This document shows, in pieces, positions 10,490 through 21,476 of a stretch of DNA of 64,000 nucleotides. Under the pieces are notes generated by a model. The model saw nothing but the letters and a program-made list of their open reading frames with translations. It was not told the origin of the DNA and did no database searches. Made by a program: the position numbers and the translations under genes. Positions within the stretch are counted from its first letter, which is position 1. The number at the start of each line of letters is the position of its first letter. The stretch comes from Candidatus Lustribacter sp. (GTDB lineage Bacteria > Vulcanimicrobiota > Vulcanimicrobiia > Vulcanimicrobiales > Vulcanimicrobiaceae): the NCBI GenBank assembly GCA_965277805.1, contig OZ255842.1, positions 5,024,001 to 5,088,000 on the forward strand. Reading direction: 5' to 3'.

Positions 10490-11497
10490 ATGAAGGCGAT
10501 CGTTTTACGCGAACTGGGCGGCCCCTCGAAGTTGCACGTCGAGGAGTTCGAAACGCCGGTGGCCGGGCCGGGGGAGATGTTGATCGCGGTAAACTTCGCG
10601 GCGTTCAACCGCCGCGACGTGTTCATCACGCACGGTCAGTATCCGGGGATCGTGCTGCCCGTGATTCCGGGCTCCGACGGCTGCGGCGTTGTGGCCGCGC
10701 ATGGACCGGACGCCGCCGGTCCGCCCGTCGGTGCGAGCGTGGTGATCAACCCGATGTTCGGCTGGGGCAACAATCCGCGCGTCTGGAATGCCGATAGCAA
10801 CCTGCTCGGCATGCCGCGGCACGGCACGTTTGCCGAATACGTGACGGCGCCGGCGGAAAACGTGCACCTGCGACCCGCGCGCTTGAGCGAACAGCAAGCC
10901 GCAGCGATTCCGCTCGGCGGCCTGACTGCGTATCGCGCAGTCTTCACGCGCGGTCAGTGCACGCAGGACGACGTCGTGCTGTTGCCCGGAATCGGCGGCG
11001 GCGTGCAGACGCTCGCGCTGCTTTTTGCGAAATCGGTGGGCGCACGCGTGATCGTGACGTCGTCGAGCGATGCGAAACTCGAGCGTGCCAAGGCGCTCGG
11101 CGCCGATGTTGCTATCAACTACAAAACGAGCGAGAACTGGTCGAAGGACGTGCGCGCGGCGAGCAACGGCGGCCCGACGCTGATCGTCGATTCGGTCGGC
11201 GGCGAAACGTTCGCCAAAGCGCTCGACATCGCACGCCCCGGCGCCCGCGTCGTGATGTACGGCGGCACGACCGGCGACGCGAAAATCCGCCCGTTCTCCG
11301 TTTTCTGGAAACAACTCGACATCCTCGGCACCTCAATGGGCAGCCCCGCCGACTTTGCCGCCATGCTCAAGCTCTTCACCGACACAACGATCGAGCCGGC
11401 CATCGACGAAGTCGTCCCCCTCACCGAAGTCCCCGCCGCCGCCCAACGCATCCTAGACGCCGAGCAATTCGGCAAAGTCGTGGTCTCAATCCACTAA
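10490..11497 (+). CDS. MDR-family zinc-independent oxidoreductase (quinone oxidoreductase-like)
   Basis: PGSDGCGVV, GTFAEY and GIGGGV motifs. Confidence 0.88.
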   Translation: MKAIVLRELGGPSKLHVEEFETPVAGPGEMLIAVNFAAFNRRDVFITHGQYPGIVLPVIPGSDGCGVVAAHGPDAAGPPVGASVVINPMFGWGNNPRVWNADSNLLGMPRHGTFAEYVTAPAENVHLRPARLSEQQAAAIPLGGLTAYRAVFTRGQCTQDDVVLLPGIGGGVQTLALLFAKSVGARVIVTSSSDAKLERAKALGADVAINYKTSENWSKDVRAASNGGPTLIVDSVGGETFAKALDIARPGARVVMYGGTTGDAKIRPFSVFWKQLDILGTSMGSPADFAAMLKLFTDTTIEPAIDEVVPLTEVPAAAQRILDAEQFGKVVVSIH

Positions 11498-11545
11498 GCG
11501 CGCCCGCGAATTGTCATTAGCGGCAACGTCATTGGACGTGCGCTG

Positions 11546-12478
11546 CTATGGGGAGAGGGCGTACTTGACGAGGCGTGGGGGTTCGGTAGTGAAGCCGAGT
11601 TCGGCGGTGACGACGGCGAGGTCGCGTTCGTGGACGATGCGGCGCAGGTCGGGGGCGAGCAGGGCGTGTTGTTCGGGGGTGAGTTCGGCGTCGAGCGGCG
11701 TGGCGGTGATGCGGCCCTCGCGTTCGAGCGCGATCAGGTAGGCGAGGACCTGGCGAGCCGCGGCGGGCCACAGGCGGCGGTCGACGTCGCGGTAGATCGC
11801 GGCGACCATGTCGGGAATGTTTGCCGGTCCGGCGGCGAGGATCGCGAGGATCTCCGCTTCGCGGCGTTCGCGGTGCGCGATGTACTCGTCGATCTTCGCG
11901 CGTGCGTCGTGCATTTCGGGCCCGTGGCCGCCGTAGATCACCGATGCATCGGCGTACTCGTCGCGCAGCCGGTGCAGCGTGCGCTGGTAGACGCGCATGT
12001 CGCCGTTGGGCGGTGCGATCGCGACCGTGCCGGTACCGATGATCACGTCGCCGGTGAAGAGCGCGCGCTCGCCTTCGAGGACGTAGACGAGATGATCGCG
12101 CGCGTGTCCGGGCGTGTGCAGCGCGAGCAGCGATGCGTTGCCGGCGCGCACGCGTTCGCCCTCGGCGAGCTTACGATCGTGCGGGAAGAGCGCGCTCGTA
12201 TGCGCGTATACGGGCGCACCGGTCGCGCGCGACAGCGGCGCGGCGGCGGGATAGTGGTCGGGATGACCGTGCGTGATCAGGATGGCGTCGTAGTGCGCGC
12301 GGGCCGCATTCGCCGCGTCGACGAACGCGGCGATGTGTTCGGGCGCGTCGGGTCCGGGATCGATCGCGATCCACGCGCCGTCGCCGCCGTCGACGACGTA
12401 GCCGTTGGTGCCGTCGAGCGTCATCGCCGACGGATTAGGCGCGCGCAGCCGTGAGACGCGCGGGCCGACCGCTACCAC
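11546..12478 (-). CDS. MBL-fold metallo-hydrolase (LACTB2-like)
   Basis: THGHPDH, HTPGH, FTGD and GGHGP motifs; NPSAMTLDGTN N-terminus. Confidence 0.9.
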   Translation of the reverse strand: MVAVGPRVSRLRAPNPSAMTLDGTNGYVVDGGDGAWIAIDPGPDAPEHIAAFVDAANAARAHYDAILITHGHPDHYPAAAPLSRATGAPVYAHTSALFPHDRKLAEGERVRAGNASLLALHTPGHARDHLVYVLEGERALFTGDVIIGTGTVAIAPPNGDMRVYQRTLHRLRDEYADASVIYGGHGPEMHDARAKIDEYIAHRERREAEILAILAAGPANIPDMVAAIYRDVDRRLWPAAARQVLAYLIALEREGRITATPLDAELTPEQHALLAPDLRRIVHERDLAVVTAELGFTTEPPRLVKYALSP

Positions 12479-13191
12479 GTATTCTCGAATTGCGGCGGCA
12501 GCGCATAGGTCGGTCCGGGCCGCACTTCCGGCGTTACGGGGATCGTCTTCTTCGTTTCGGTGTAGGCCAGCAGATCGTACACGTTCGCAAAACCGCCGAC
12601 GCGCTCGAGGTGCTTGATCGTCGGAAAGATCATCTGCACTTCGTTGCGCTCGACCTCGCCCAAAATGTCGGCCGGGCGCACCCAGCGCCCGTGGTAGGTC
12701 TCCAACTCGTCGGCTTCGGCGATCTGATCCTTCGGAGCGCGCGCGATGAAGAAGCGCGCATCGAAGCGGTGCGGGTTGACCGTCGGCGTGATCCAGCGCG
12801 AGAAGTAACGCACCGCGCGCGCATCGAGCCGCACGCCGAGGTCGATCAGCGTGTCGCTGAACGAGCGATCGCCCTTCAGCATTTTCGTGCGCGCTGCGCG
12901 CAACGCGCTCTGCTCAACCGGCTCGACCGAGAACAGCAACCCGCACTCTTCGAACGTCTCGCGAATCGCCGCGTACGTGAATGCCGGCTCGGCCGGCCGC
13001 CACTGACCCACCATTCGCATTCTCGCTTGCGGTGAGTAGTCGGCTTTGTCGACGGTGCCGCCCGGGAAGACGTAGGCGTCGGGAAATCCGGGCGCGGTGG
13101 AACCGCGCCGCAAAAGGTAGACCTCGATTCCCGCGTCCGTGTCGCGGCAGACGACGACGGTTGATGCATCGCGCGGGGAAGGCACACTCAC
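12472..13191 (-). CDS. NUDIX hydrolase
   Basis: FPGG...AAIRETFEECG and WITP...RFDARFF motifs. Start uncertain (GTG at 13191 or 13200). Confidence 0.88.
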   Translation of the reverse strand: MSVPSPRDASTVVVCRDTDAGIEVYLLRRGSTAPGFPDAYVFPGGTVDKADYSPQARMRMVGQWRPAEPAFTYAAIRETFEECGLLFSVEPVEQSALRAARTKMLKGDRSFSDTLIDLGVRLDARAVRYFSRWITPTVNPHRFDARFFIARAPKDQIAEADELETYHGRWVRPADILGEVERNEVQMIFPTIKHLERVGGFANVYDLLAYTETKKTIPVTPEVRPGPTYALPPQFENTW

Positions 13192-13207
13192 CCGACCCAC
13201 ATTCTGC

Positions 13208-13240
13208 AAAAAAAGAATGGACCCCGGTGGGAGCCCATTC
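13208..13240 (-). terminator. Intrinsic terminator (minus strand)
   Basis: GAATGGGCTCCC-ACC-GGGGTCCATTC followed by TTTTTTT. Confidence 0.85.
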
Positions 13241-13480
13241 TCAAATCTTCTGGATTTGGTCGGTGCGCACTCGTAGCGTAGGCTACGAGTTCACGACCTT
13301 CGGTGGATCTTGCGGTTCCAAACTGGTACCGCCCTCCTTCCGCTGTCGATGAGTGTAGAGGCGTCGGACCTCACCAAAACGGCGAGCAAATCAGCCGTTT
13401 CGGTGCTCAGTACCCAGGTGGATCTTGCGACGTAGGCCGCCCTCCTTGGGTCGAATGTGCGGTGTGTGTACCTCGAGGTG
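13208..13480 (-). ncRNA. Putative structured ncRNA or leader RNA with two copies of an AAGGAGG-hairpin-AAGAUCCA motif
   Basis: Bounded by a sigma70-like promoter and a terminator. Contains several hairpins and a duplicated motif with different loops. No credible ORF. Confidence 0.65.
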
Positions 13481-13485
13481 CACGC

Positions 13486-13514
13486 ATCGTACACCCCCCG
13501 GGCGGGGGCCGCAA
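13486..13514 (-). promoter_or_regulatory. Sigma70-type promoter
   Basis: TTGCGG-N17-TACGAT on the minus strand. Confidence 0.65.
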
Positions 13515-13585
13515 TAGGGCAAAATCGCACCTACTTTTCCACCACATTATCCACCGGGCGGAAGCTTGATCGCGGAGGCCTCGGG

Positions 13586-14269
13586 GTGGCACCCGCAAAG
13601 AAGCCGTGGGTGAAGCCCGGTTTTGCGGTGCTGCTGCAGCGGCTTGAGGCGGCGCTCATTTTCGCCGTATCCTTCGCCATCGCGGCCTTCGTCGTCGCTA
13701 AAAAGCCCGAAGTCGAGCACCTCCTCGGCGTGCTGGGGTTCAGCCGTTTTCCGTTGGCGGTGCTGATCTTCGCGGTCGTGGCGTCGGCGCCGTTTTCCGT
13801 GACCGACGCGCTTGCCGTCATGAACGGCGTGATCTTCGGCCCGTGGCTCGGCTCGCTCGTCAACGCGGCCGGAATCGTCGTTGCGGCCATCATCGGCTAC
13901 GCCGTGGCGCTGCGCACCTCGAAGCTGCTCGACATCGAGGGCACCGTGCAGCGGCTGCCGGCCTGGGTGCGGCACTTCAAGATCGGCTCGCCGATGTTTC
14001 TGATCGTCGTGCGCATCATTCCGGGGCTCGGCGGAACGATCGCGACCCAAACGGCCGCGGCCCTGCGGGTGCCGCTCTGGCGTCAGATCTATACGATGTC
14101 CGCGATCGCGATCCCGATCTGCACGGCGCTGGCCCTCGGCGGCGACGCTCTCTCGAACTATATCGACGCCCGGTGGGAACAGGCGAGCGCCTACGCAGAA
14201 CGCCACCACGTGCACTTTCCGCATCGGCACCACGCCGTTCCGAGCCCGTCGCCGGCCGTCTCACCTTGA
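13586..14269 (+). CDS. VTT-domain (TVP38/DedA) membrane protein
   Basis: Hydrophobic helices, NGVIFGPWLG and RIIPG motifs; GGAGG RBS before GTG at 13586. Confidence 0.85.
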   Translation: MAPAKKPWVKPGFAVLLQRLEAALIFAVSFAIAAFVVAKKPEVEHLLGVLGFSRFPLAVLIFAVVASAPFSVTDALAVMNGVIFGPWLGSLVNAAGIVVAAIIGYAVALRTSKLLDIEGTVQRLPAWVRHFKIGSPMFLIVVRIIPGLGGTIATQTAAALRVPLWRQIYTMSAIAIPICTALALGGDALSNYIDARWEQASAYAERHHVHFPHRHHAVPSPSPAVSP

Positions 14270-15465
14270 ACGTCGAGGTCATCACCGAACCGGCCGCCCT
14301 CACCGCCCTATGCGAGCGCATTGCCGCCGCCCCGCGGATCGGGCTCGACACCGAATTCCATACCGAGAAACACTTCACGCCCAAATTGATGGTCGTGCAA
14401 GTCGCCTTCAATGATGCGGTCGCGATCGTCGATCCGCTGGCGCTGCCCGATCTGCGCCCGCTGGCCGATGCATTGACCGGCGCAACCGTCGTCGGCCACG
14501 CGCTCTCGAGCGACTTGCGCATTCTCGAAGACGCGTTTCAAACGTTGCCGCGCGACGCATACGACACGCAGGTCGCGGCGGCATTTTGCGGCTACGGCAT
14601 GTCGATTTCGCTGCTGGATCTCGTGCGCGACGTCGCCGGCGTAACGCTGTTGAAGTCGCAAACGGTCAGCGATTGGAGTACGCGTCCGTTCACGCCGCGC
14701 CAAGTCGACTACCTCGTCGACGACGTGCGCTACCTCTTCGCCGTTGCGGATAAGCTCAACGAAAAACTGGCGGCGCGCGGCCGCCAAACGTGGGCGCTCG
14801 AAGAGATGCGCACGCTGGTCGATCCGCGCACGTACCGTTCCGACAAGCGGCGGCTGTACTTGCGCGTCGCCGGAAACGCGCGCATGAACCGCCGCGAACT
14901 CGGCGTGCTCAACGAGCTGGCGCTGTTGCGCGAAGCGATCGCGCGCGAGCGCAACATCCCGCTGAAGTACGTGCTGCCCGACGACGTATTGGTGGGCCTC
15001 GTCGGTCTGCGGCCCACCACGATCGAGGAGTTGAGCCAGTTGCGACGGCTCGATGCCGGCATGCGCAAGCATATCGGGACGCGCATCCTCGCCGCCGTCG
15101 CGGCGGGTGAGGCCATTCCCGAAGACGAGCTGCCGCCGCGCGCGCCCCGGCCGCTCGGGGCTCAGCGCGATGCCCTGGTGGCCGCCATCGCCCTCCTGAT
15201 CAACGCCGTCGCGGCGGCCAACGACCTGCCGGCGGCGATGCTCGTCTCCCGGGCCGAGATCGAGCGGATCGCGCGCGACCTCCCGCAGTCGCCGGACGAG
15301 CTCACGGCCCTCTTGAACCTCACCCCCTGGCGGCGCGATCTGGTCGTCGGGCCCCTGTGGGAGTTCCTGGGCGGGGAGCGCCAGCTGCGGGTCAGCGGCT
15401 ACCGTGACGGGCTGCCGAAGACCACGTGGGAAACCCGGCTCGAGGAGAGCCTGGCGTCGGAGTAG
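14266..15465 (+). CDS. rnd: Ribonuclease D with HRDC domain
   Basis: DTEF, YDTQVAA, SDWSTRP and YLVDDV exonuclease motifs plus HRDC; TTG start overlaps the upstream stop. Confidence 0.88.
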   Translation: MNVEVITEPAALTALCERIAAAPRIGLDTEFHTEKHFTPKLMVVQVAFNDAVAIVDPLALPDLRPLADALTGATVVGHALSSDLRILEDAFQTLPRDAYDTQVAAAFCGYGMSISLLDLVRDVAGVTLLKSQTVSDWSTRPFTPRQVDYLVDDVRYLFAVADKLNEKLAARGRQTWALEEMRTLVDPRTYRSDKRRLYLRVAGNARMNRRELGVLNELALLREAIARERNIPLKYVLPDDVLVGLVGLRPTTIEELSQLRRLDAGMRKHIGTRILAAVAAGEAIPEDELPPRAPRPLGAQRDALVAAIALLINAVAAANDLPAAMLVSRAEIERIARDLPQSPDELTALLNLTPWRRDLVVGPLWEFLGGERQLRVSGYRDGLPKTTWETRLEESLASE

Positions 15466-15496
15466 CCCCCACAACATGCGGCGAAGGCAGGTCAAT

Positions 15497-18274
15497 GTGA
15501 ACACGCCTGCCCACCCCAACTCATTCGGCGCCCGCGACACCCTGCGCGTCGGCGATCGCAGCTACACCTATTTCCGCCTCGATGCGCTCGCCGCTAAAGG
15601 CTACGATCTCGCGACCTTGCCGTTTTCGTTCAAGGTTCTGCTCGAGAACTTACTGCGCTTCGAAGACGCCCGATCCGTCACCGCCGCCGACGTCGCGGCC
15701 CTGGCCGGCTGGAAGCCCGGCTCGACCGAAGACAAAGAGATTGCCTATCGCCCGGCCCGCGTGCTGCTGCAAGACTTCACCGGGGTTCCTTGTGTTGTCG
15801 ACCTGGCAGCCATGCGCGACGCGATCGCCGAGATGGGCGGCAAGCCGTCGAAGATCAACCCGCTGCAGCCGGTCGAGATCGTCATCGATCACTCGGTGCA
15901 AGTCGACTCGTTCGGCACCGCGGGTTCCTTCGAAGCCAACGCCAAGCTCGAGTTCGAACGCAACGGCGAGCGCTACGGCTTCCTCAAGTGGGGCCAGAAC
16001 GCGCTGGACGATTTCCGCGCGGTGCCGCCCGATACCGGGATCGTGCATCAGGTCAACATCGAGTATCTCTCGCGCATCATCTTCGGAGCCGGCGGCGCGG
16101 GTGAACCGCATCCGACCGAGGCATCGCCGATGGCCTATCCGGACTCGGTTGTCGGGACCGACTCACACACCCCGATGGCCAACGGTGTCGGCGTACTCGC
16201 CTGGGGCGTCGGCGGTATCGAGGCCGAAGCTGCGATGCTCGGGCAGCCGGTAACGATGCTGATTCCCGAAGTGATCGGTTTCCGGCTGAACGGAAAATTG
16301 CGCGAAGGCATCACCGCGACCGACCTCGTGCTGCAGATCACGCAAATGCTGCGCAAGAAGGGCGTCGTCGGAAAATTCGTCGAGTTTTACGGACAGGGAC
16401 TGTCGAATTTGCCGGTGGCCGTCCGCACGACGATCGGCAACATGTCGCCGGAATACGGCTCGACGATCTCGATCTTCCCGATCGACGAACAAACGCTCAC
16501 GTATCTGCGCCTCACCGGCCGCAGTGCCGAACAGATCGCGCTGGTCGAGGCCTACGCCAAAGCGCAGGGCATGTTCCGCACCGACGCCTCGCCCGAACCG
16601 CGTTTCACCGACACCCTCGAACTCGATCTCTCGATCGTCGAACCGAATCTCTCCGGCCCGCGCTTGCCGCAGCAGCGCGTTCCGTTACGTGACGGCGGCA
16701 AATCGTTCGAGGCCGCGCTCAAGGAATGGCGTTCGGCAGCGACCGTTGCGCCGGCCGCGGTCGCACGGCTCGAAAATGAAGGCGGCGGCGGAACGGCCGT
16801 CGCGGCGGAAGTTGCGGTCGAAGAACACTCGCCGTCCTCCAAGCATGCGGACGAACTGCGCGATGGTTCGGTCGTGATCGCGGCGATCACGTCGTGCACG
16901 AACACCTCGAACCCGGCGGTCCTGATCGGCGCCGGTCTCTTAGCGAAAAAAGCCGTAGAAAAAGGCCTCAAACGCAAGCCGTGGGTGAAAACCTCGCTCG
17001 CACCCGGTTCAAAAGTCGTCACCGATTATCTGCTCAAGGCCGGTTTGACGCAGTATCTCGATGCGCTCGGCTTCAATCTCGTTGGTTACGGCTGCACGAC
17101 CTGCATCGGCAACAGCGGACCGCTGCCCGATGACGTCGCCGAAAAGGTGCAAGCGGAAGAATTGATCGTCGCTGCGGTGCTCTCCGGTAATCGCAACTTC
17201 GATGGCCGCATCCATCCGCAAGTGCAGGCAAACTACATCGCCTCGCCGCCGCTCGTCGTCGCATATGCACTGGCCGGCTGCATGGACATCGATATCACGA
17301 CCTACTCGCTCGGCAAAGATCAAGCGGGCAACGATGTGTTCCTCAAAGACATCTGGCCCACCGATGCCGAGATCGAGGCCGTGACCGCGGCGTCGCTCAC
17401 CGAAAAACTCTTCCGCGACCGCTATGCCGACGTGTTCGCCGGCGACGAGCGCTGGAGCAATTTGCCGGCGCCGTCGGGCGAACGTTTCGCCTGGGATCCG
17501 AAGAGCGAGTACATCAAACGCCCGCCGTATTTCGACGGCATGCCCAAACAGCCGGCGCCGCTCCAAGACATCAAGGGCGCGCGTGTGCTGGCGGTACTCG
17601 GCGATTCGGTGACCACCGATCACATCTCGCCGGCCGGCGACATCGCGAAGACCTCACCCGCCGCGAAATATCTGCTCGAGCACGGCGTACAGACCAGCGA
17701 CTTCAATTCCTACGGCGCGCGGCGCGGCAATCACGAAGTCATGGTCCGCGGCACGTTTGCCAACACCCGGCTGCGCAACATGCTGGTACCCGGGGTGTCG
17801 GGCGGCATGACGCGGTTCTTGCCGACGGGCGAGCAGATGTCGATCTTCGATGCCTCGGAGTTGTATCGCAAAGCGGGTACGCCGCTGATCATTCTCGCCG
17901 GCCAAGAGTACGGCTCGGGTTCGTCGCGCGACTGGGCGGCGAAGGGCCCGATGCTGCTCGGCGTGCGCGCGGTGATCGCGGAATCGTTCGAACGCATTCA
18001 CCGGTCCAACCTGATCGGCATGGGCATTCTGCCGATCGAGTTCCAGCCTGGTGAGAAGATCGCCACCCACGGTCTCACGGGTGAGGAGACGTTTGCGATC
18101 ACCGGTATCGCGGCCGAACTGCGTCCGCGCATGACGGTCGTCGTCACGGCAACCGGCGCCGACGGCAAAGCGATCTCGTTCAATGGCGTCGTGCGTATCG
18201 ACACGCCGGATGAAGCCGACTACTACCGGCATGGTGGGATCCTCCAGTACGTACTGCGTCAACTTGCAACGTGA
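15497..18274 (+). CDS. acnA: Aconitate hydratase A
   Basis: [33 protein letters not shown] and [12 protein letters not shown] motifs. Confidence 0.97.
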   Translation: MNTPAHPNSFGARDTLRVGDRSYTYFRLDALAAKGYDLATLPFSFKVLLENLLRFEDARSVTAADVAALAGWKPGSTEDKEIAYRPARVLLQDFTGVPCVVDLAAMRDAIAEMGGKPSKINPLQPVEIVIDHSVQVDSFGTAGSFEANAKLEFERNGERYGFLKWGQNALDDFRAVPPDTGIVHQVNIEYLSRIIFGAGGAGEPHPTEASPMAYPDSVVGTDSHTPMANGVGVLAWGVGGIEAEAAMLGQPVTMLIPEVIGFRLNGKLREGITATDLVLQITQMLRKKGVVGKFVEFYGQGLSNLPVAVRTTIGNMSPEYGSTISIFPIDEQTLTYLRLTGRSAEQIALVEAYAKAQGMFRTDASPEPRFTDTLELDLSIVEPNLSGPRLPQQRVPLRDGGKSFEAALKEWRSAATVAPAAVARLENEGGGGTAVAAEVAVEEHSPSSKHADELRDGSVVIAAITSCTNTSNPAVLIGAGLLAKKAVEKGLKRKPWVKTSLAPGSKVVTDYLLKAGLTQYLDALGFNLVGYGCTTCIGNSGPLPDDVAEKVQAEELIVAAVLSGNRNFDGRIHPQVQANYIASPPLVVAYALAGCMDIDITTYSLGKDQAGNDVFLKDIWPTDAEIEAVTAASLTEKLFRDRYADVFAGDERWSNLPAPSGERFAWDPKSEYIKRPPYFDGMPKQPAPLQDIKGARVLAVLGDSVTTDHISPAGDIAKTSPAAKYLLEHGVQTSDFNSYGARRGNHEVMVRGTFANTRLRNMLVPGVSGGMTRFLPTGEQMSIFDASELYRKAGTPLIILAGQEYGSGSSRDWAAKGPMLLGVRAVIAESFERIHRSNLIGMGILPIEFQPGEKIATHGLTGEETFAITGIAAELRPRMTVVVTATGADGKAISFNGVVRIDTPDEADYYRHGGILQYVLRQLAT

Positions 18275-19584
18275 AGAAAAAGAAAGCGGCGGCACTAGCT
18301 GCCGCTGCAGAAGGTAGAGTGTCACCCGTGGAGCTACCCCATCGCGTCGCCATCCTGGCCTTTGAGGGCCCCGACCGCTACGCGTCGATCGGCGGGTTGG
18401 GGACGCGCGTGTCGCAGATGGCCACCGCGCTCGGCGCGATCGGCTGCATCGTCGATCTGATCTTCGTCGGCGATCCGGCCGCGCAGGCCGTCGAGACCAA
18501 GGGTAACGTGACGTTGCGCCGCTGGTCGCAGTGGATCTCCGCCCACTTCCCGCGCAACGCCTACGACGGCGAGAGCGAAAAGATCGCCGACTGGGAATCG
18601 AGCCTGCCGGGCTTCATCGTCGATCAGATCGTCGTGCCGACGGCACAGTCGAACGAACGCACGCTGGTGATCTGCGAAGAGTGGCAAACGGCCGGCGTGG
18701 CCGTGGCGATCGATCAGCTGGCGCGGCTGCGCGGGGTGCGCAACGCGTTCACGCTGATTTGGAACGCCAACAACACCTACGGGTGGGAGCACGTCAACTT
18801 TCCGGCGCTGCAAGCGGCCGCGGCGATCACCGCCGTCAGCAAGTACATGAAGTTCGAGCTGGCGCGCGTCGGCGTGCCGTCGCTCGTGATTCCGAACGGC
18901 ATCGAGACGCGGCTGCTCAGCGGCGCGGATCCGAAGCTGTTGGCGGAGATGAAGCAGGCGCTGGCCGGGCGACCGACGCTGGTGAAAGTGGGCCGCTTCG
19001 ATCCCGACAAGAACTGGCTGCAGGCCATCGATGCGCTCGCCGAACTGCACGCCTCCGGAATCAACGCGCGCCTGATCGTGCGCGGCGGACGCGATGCGTA
19101 CGCCGACGTCGTGTTCGCGCGCGCGCACGAACGCGGGCTCAACGTCGAGCGCATCGGCTACGAAGGTTCCGACGGCCACAAGGTTATCGACGGCATCGCG
19201 CTCGCCGACGGGCCGATCGTACACTTGCGCGCGTTCCTCGACGATGCGACGCTCTACGCGCTCTATGCCGCGGCCGACGCCGTGCTGGCGAACAGCGGCA
19301 AGGAGCCGTTCGGTCTGGTCGGGCTCGAAGTGATGGCGGCCGGCGGCATCGCGGTATGCGGCGCAACCGGTGAAGAGTACGCGGAGCCGTTCGTCAACGC
19401 GATCGTCTGCGATACCTCGGACGGCCGTGAGCTTGCGACCTACCTGCGCGCGCTGTTCGCCAATCCCGGCATCGGTGACGAGATGCGCCGTGCGGGCGCC
19501 GAAACCGTCGGACGGTACACCTGGGGGCACGCGCTGGCGGCCCTCGAGCGAAAGATCGCTTACATTGACGACGTCATGAGCTGA
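18271..19584 (+). CDS. Glycosyltransferase family 4
   Basis: [13 protein letters not shown] and EPFGLVGLE motifs. Confidence 0.88.
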   Translation: MKKKKAAALAAAAEGRVSPVELPHRVAILAFEGPDRYASIGGLGTRVSQMATALGAIGCIVDLIFVGDPAAQAVETKGNVTLRRWSQWISAHFPRNAYDGESEKIADWESSLPGFIVDQIVVPTAQSNERTLVICEEWQTAGVAVAIDQLARLRGVRNAFTLIWNANNTYGWEHVNFPALQAAAAITAVSKYMKFELARVGVPSLVIPNGIETRLLSGADPKLLAEMKQALAGRPTLVKVGRFDPDKNWLQAIDALAELHASGINARLIVRGGRDAYADVVFARAHERGLNVERIGYEGSDGHKVIDGIALADGPIVHLRAFLDDATLYALYAAADAVLANSGKEPFGLVGLEVMAAGGIAVCGATGEEYAEPFVNAIVCDTSDGRELATYLRALFANPGIGDEMRRAGAETVGRYTWGHALAALERKIAYIDDVMS

Positions 19585-19598
19585 CGCCGGAGGATCGC

Positions 19599-20312
19599 TT
19601 GGCTAAACTCAAACCCCTGGCCGACGAACTGGTCGAAGACCTGCTGATCGGCAACAAGATCCTCTTCAAGTACGGCGTCGTCGACGCGTTCGGTCACCTC
19701 AGCGTGCGTCACGACAAAGATCCGGAAAAGTACGTGATGTCGCGGCACCTTGCGCCGGCGCTGGTCACCGAAAAGGATCTGCTGACCTACAACCTCGACA
19801 GCGAGCCGGTGCCGGCGACGAAGCATCGCCTCTACAGCGAGCGTTTCATTCACGGCGAGATCTACAAAGTGCGGCCCGACGTGCAGTCGATCGTGCACTG
19901 CCACGCGGCCGCGCTGATCCCGTTCGGGATCACGAAAGCCGAATTGCAGCCGGTCTATCACGTGAGCGCGTTCCTCGGCCGCGGCGTGCCGAAATTCGAC
20001 ATCCGCGATAAGGCCGGCATGACGAACATGCTGGTGCGCACGCCGCAACTCGGCCAGGATCTCGCGGCGTCGCTCGGCGACAAAGAGGTCGTGCTGATGC
20101 GCGGTCACGGCGCAACGATGGTCGCCGCGACGATCAAAGGCGCCGTTTATCGCGCGATGTACTCGATGTCGAACGCGCAGATTCAGCTCGAAGCGATGCG
20201 CCTGGGCGAAGTGACGTATCTCGCGCCCGAAGAAGCCGAACTCCACGCCGCCTACAGCGACGAGGTGGTGTTCCGGCCGTGGAACCTCTGGAAGCGCGAG
20301 GTCGAGGAATAG
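19599..20312 (+). CDS. Class II aldolase/adducin family protein
   Basis: GHLSVR, SERFIH, VHCH and LMRGHG motifs. Confidence 0.88.
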   Translation: MAKLKPLADELVEDLLIGNKILFKYGVVDAFGHLSVRHDKDPEKYVMSRHLAPALVTEKDLLTYNLDSEPVPATKHRLYSERFIHGEIYKVRPDVQSIVHCHAAALIPFGITKAELQPVYHVSAFLGRGVPKFDIRDKAGMTNMLVRTPQLGQDLAASLGDKEVVLMRGHGATMVAATIKGAVYRAMYSMSNAQIQLEAMRLGEVTYLAPEEAELHAAYSDEVVFRPWNLWKREVEE

Positions 20313-20315
20313 CGG

Positions 20316-21476
20316 ATGGAGCCGAACGCGCTCGAACCGCCCGCGCTGACCCCGCCCACGCCGGTCGCGGCGATCGCGCCGCAAGAGGCCGCCAATCGCG
20401 TGCCGCTGCCGGTCGAAGAAACGACGCGGCTCGACGGGCAAGTCGGTGAATTCATCGGCGACCTGACGACGCTCGATCCGCAGAGTCCCGCCTTCAAGAC
20501 GCGCGTCGATGCGATCCTCGGCCTCGGCGAAGGCGACATTCGCGCGTCGGCGAGCGTCGCAAATCGCATGCTCGAACGCCCGATGAACGCGATGAAGAAG
20601 GGCGTCTACGACGGCTCGTCGCCCGTTTCAAAAGCGCTCGGCGATCTGCGCAACACGGTCGAGTCGCTCGATCCGTCGAAGACGGGCGACCTGCTCTCGC
20701 CCCGCAAGCTGCTCGGCATCGTGCCGTTCGGCAACAAGCTCAAGGCCTATTTCGACGGCTACCGTTCGGCGCAGAACCACCTCAACGCGATCATCGAGAC
20801 GCTCTACCGCTCGAAAGACGAGCTGCAGCGCGACAACGCATCGATCGAACAAGAGAAGGCCGCGATGTGGGCGCTGATGCAGAAGCTCGAGGGCTTCGCC
20901 TATCTGGCGAAAAAGCTCGACGCCGAAATCGATTCGCGCCTGGCGGTGCTCGATACGAGCGATCCGGCGCGGGCCAAGATCTTGCGCGAAGACGTACAGT
21001 TCTACGCGCGCCAAAAAGTGCAAGACCTGCTCACCCAGATGGCGGTCAACGTGCAGGGCTACCTGGCACTCGATCTGATCAAGAAGAACAACATCGAGTT
21101 GATCAAGGGCGTCGAACGCGCGACCACGACGACGGTCTCCGCCTTGCGAACGGCGGTAGTCGTGGCGCAAGCGCTGGCCAACGAGAAGCTCGTGCTCAAC
21201 CAGATCGGCGCGCTGAACACGACGACCGGCAACATGATCGAATCGACGTCAGCGATGCTCAAGCAGCAGAGCGCGGGCGTGTACGAGCAGGCCGCATCGG
21301 CGACCATCGACGTCGACAAGCTCAAGGCCGCATTCAAGAACGTCTACGACGCGATGGATTCGGTCAGCACGTACAAGGCTGCGGCGCTGACGAGCATGCA
21401 GCAGACCGTCACCGCGCTCGAGGGCGAGGTGCAGACCGCTTCTGCCTACTTGGAGCGAACGAAGACCGACCGCTAA
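20316..21476 (+). CDS. Toxic anion resistance protein (TelA/KlaA family)
   Basis: Coiled-coil protein with KNNIELIKGVERATTTTVSALRTAV and IGALNTTT motifs. Confidence 0.88.
   Translation: MEPNALEPPALTPPTPVAAIAPQEAANRVPLPVEETTRLDGQVGEFIGDLTTLDPQSPAFKTRVDAILGLGEGDIRASASVANRMLERPMNAMKKGVYDGSSPVSKALGDLRNTVESLDPSKTGDLLSPRKLLGIVPFGNKLKAYFDGYRSAQNHLNAIIETLYRSKDELQRDNASIEQEKAAMWALMQKLEGFAYLAKKLDAEIDSRLAVLDTSDPARAKILREDVQFYARQKVQDLLTQMAVNVQGYLALDLIKKNNIELIKGVERATTTTVSALRTAVVVAQALANEKLVLNQIGALNTTTGNMIESTSAMLKQQSAGVYEQAASATIDVDKLKAAFKNVYDAMDSVSTYKAAALTSMQQTVTALEGEVQTASAYLERTKTDR

Noticed and set aside
13291-13598. Short ORFs over the structured RNA (79, 88 and 63 aa, and MEPQDPPKVVNS after AAGGAGG)
   Set aside because: They have no recognisable domain. 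The duplicated motif conserves base pairing rather than reading frame, and copy A has no start codon after its SD-like sequence.
20316-21476. TelA without its usual XpaC-like partner
   Set aside because: Solo TelA genes are not unusual enough to support a claim.
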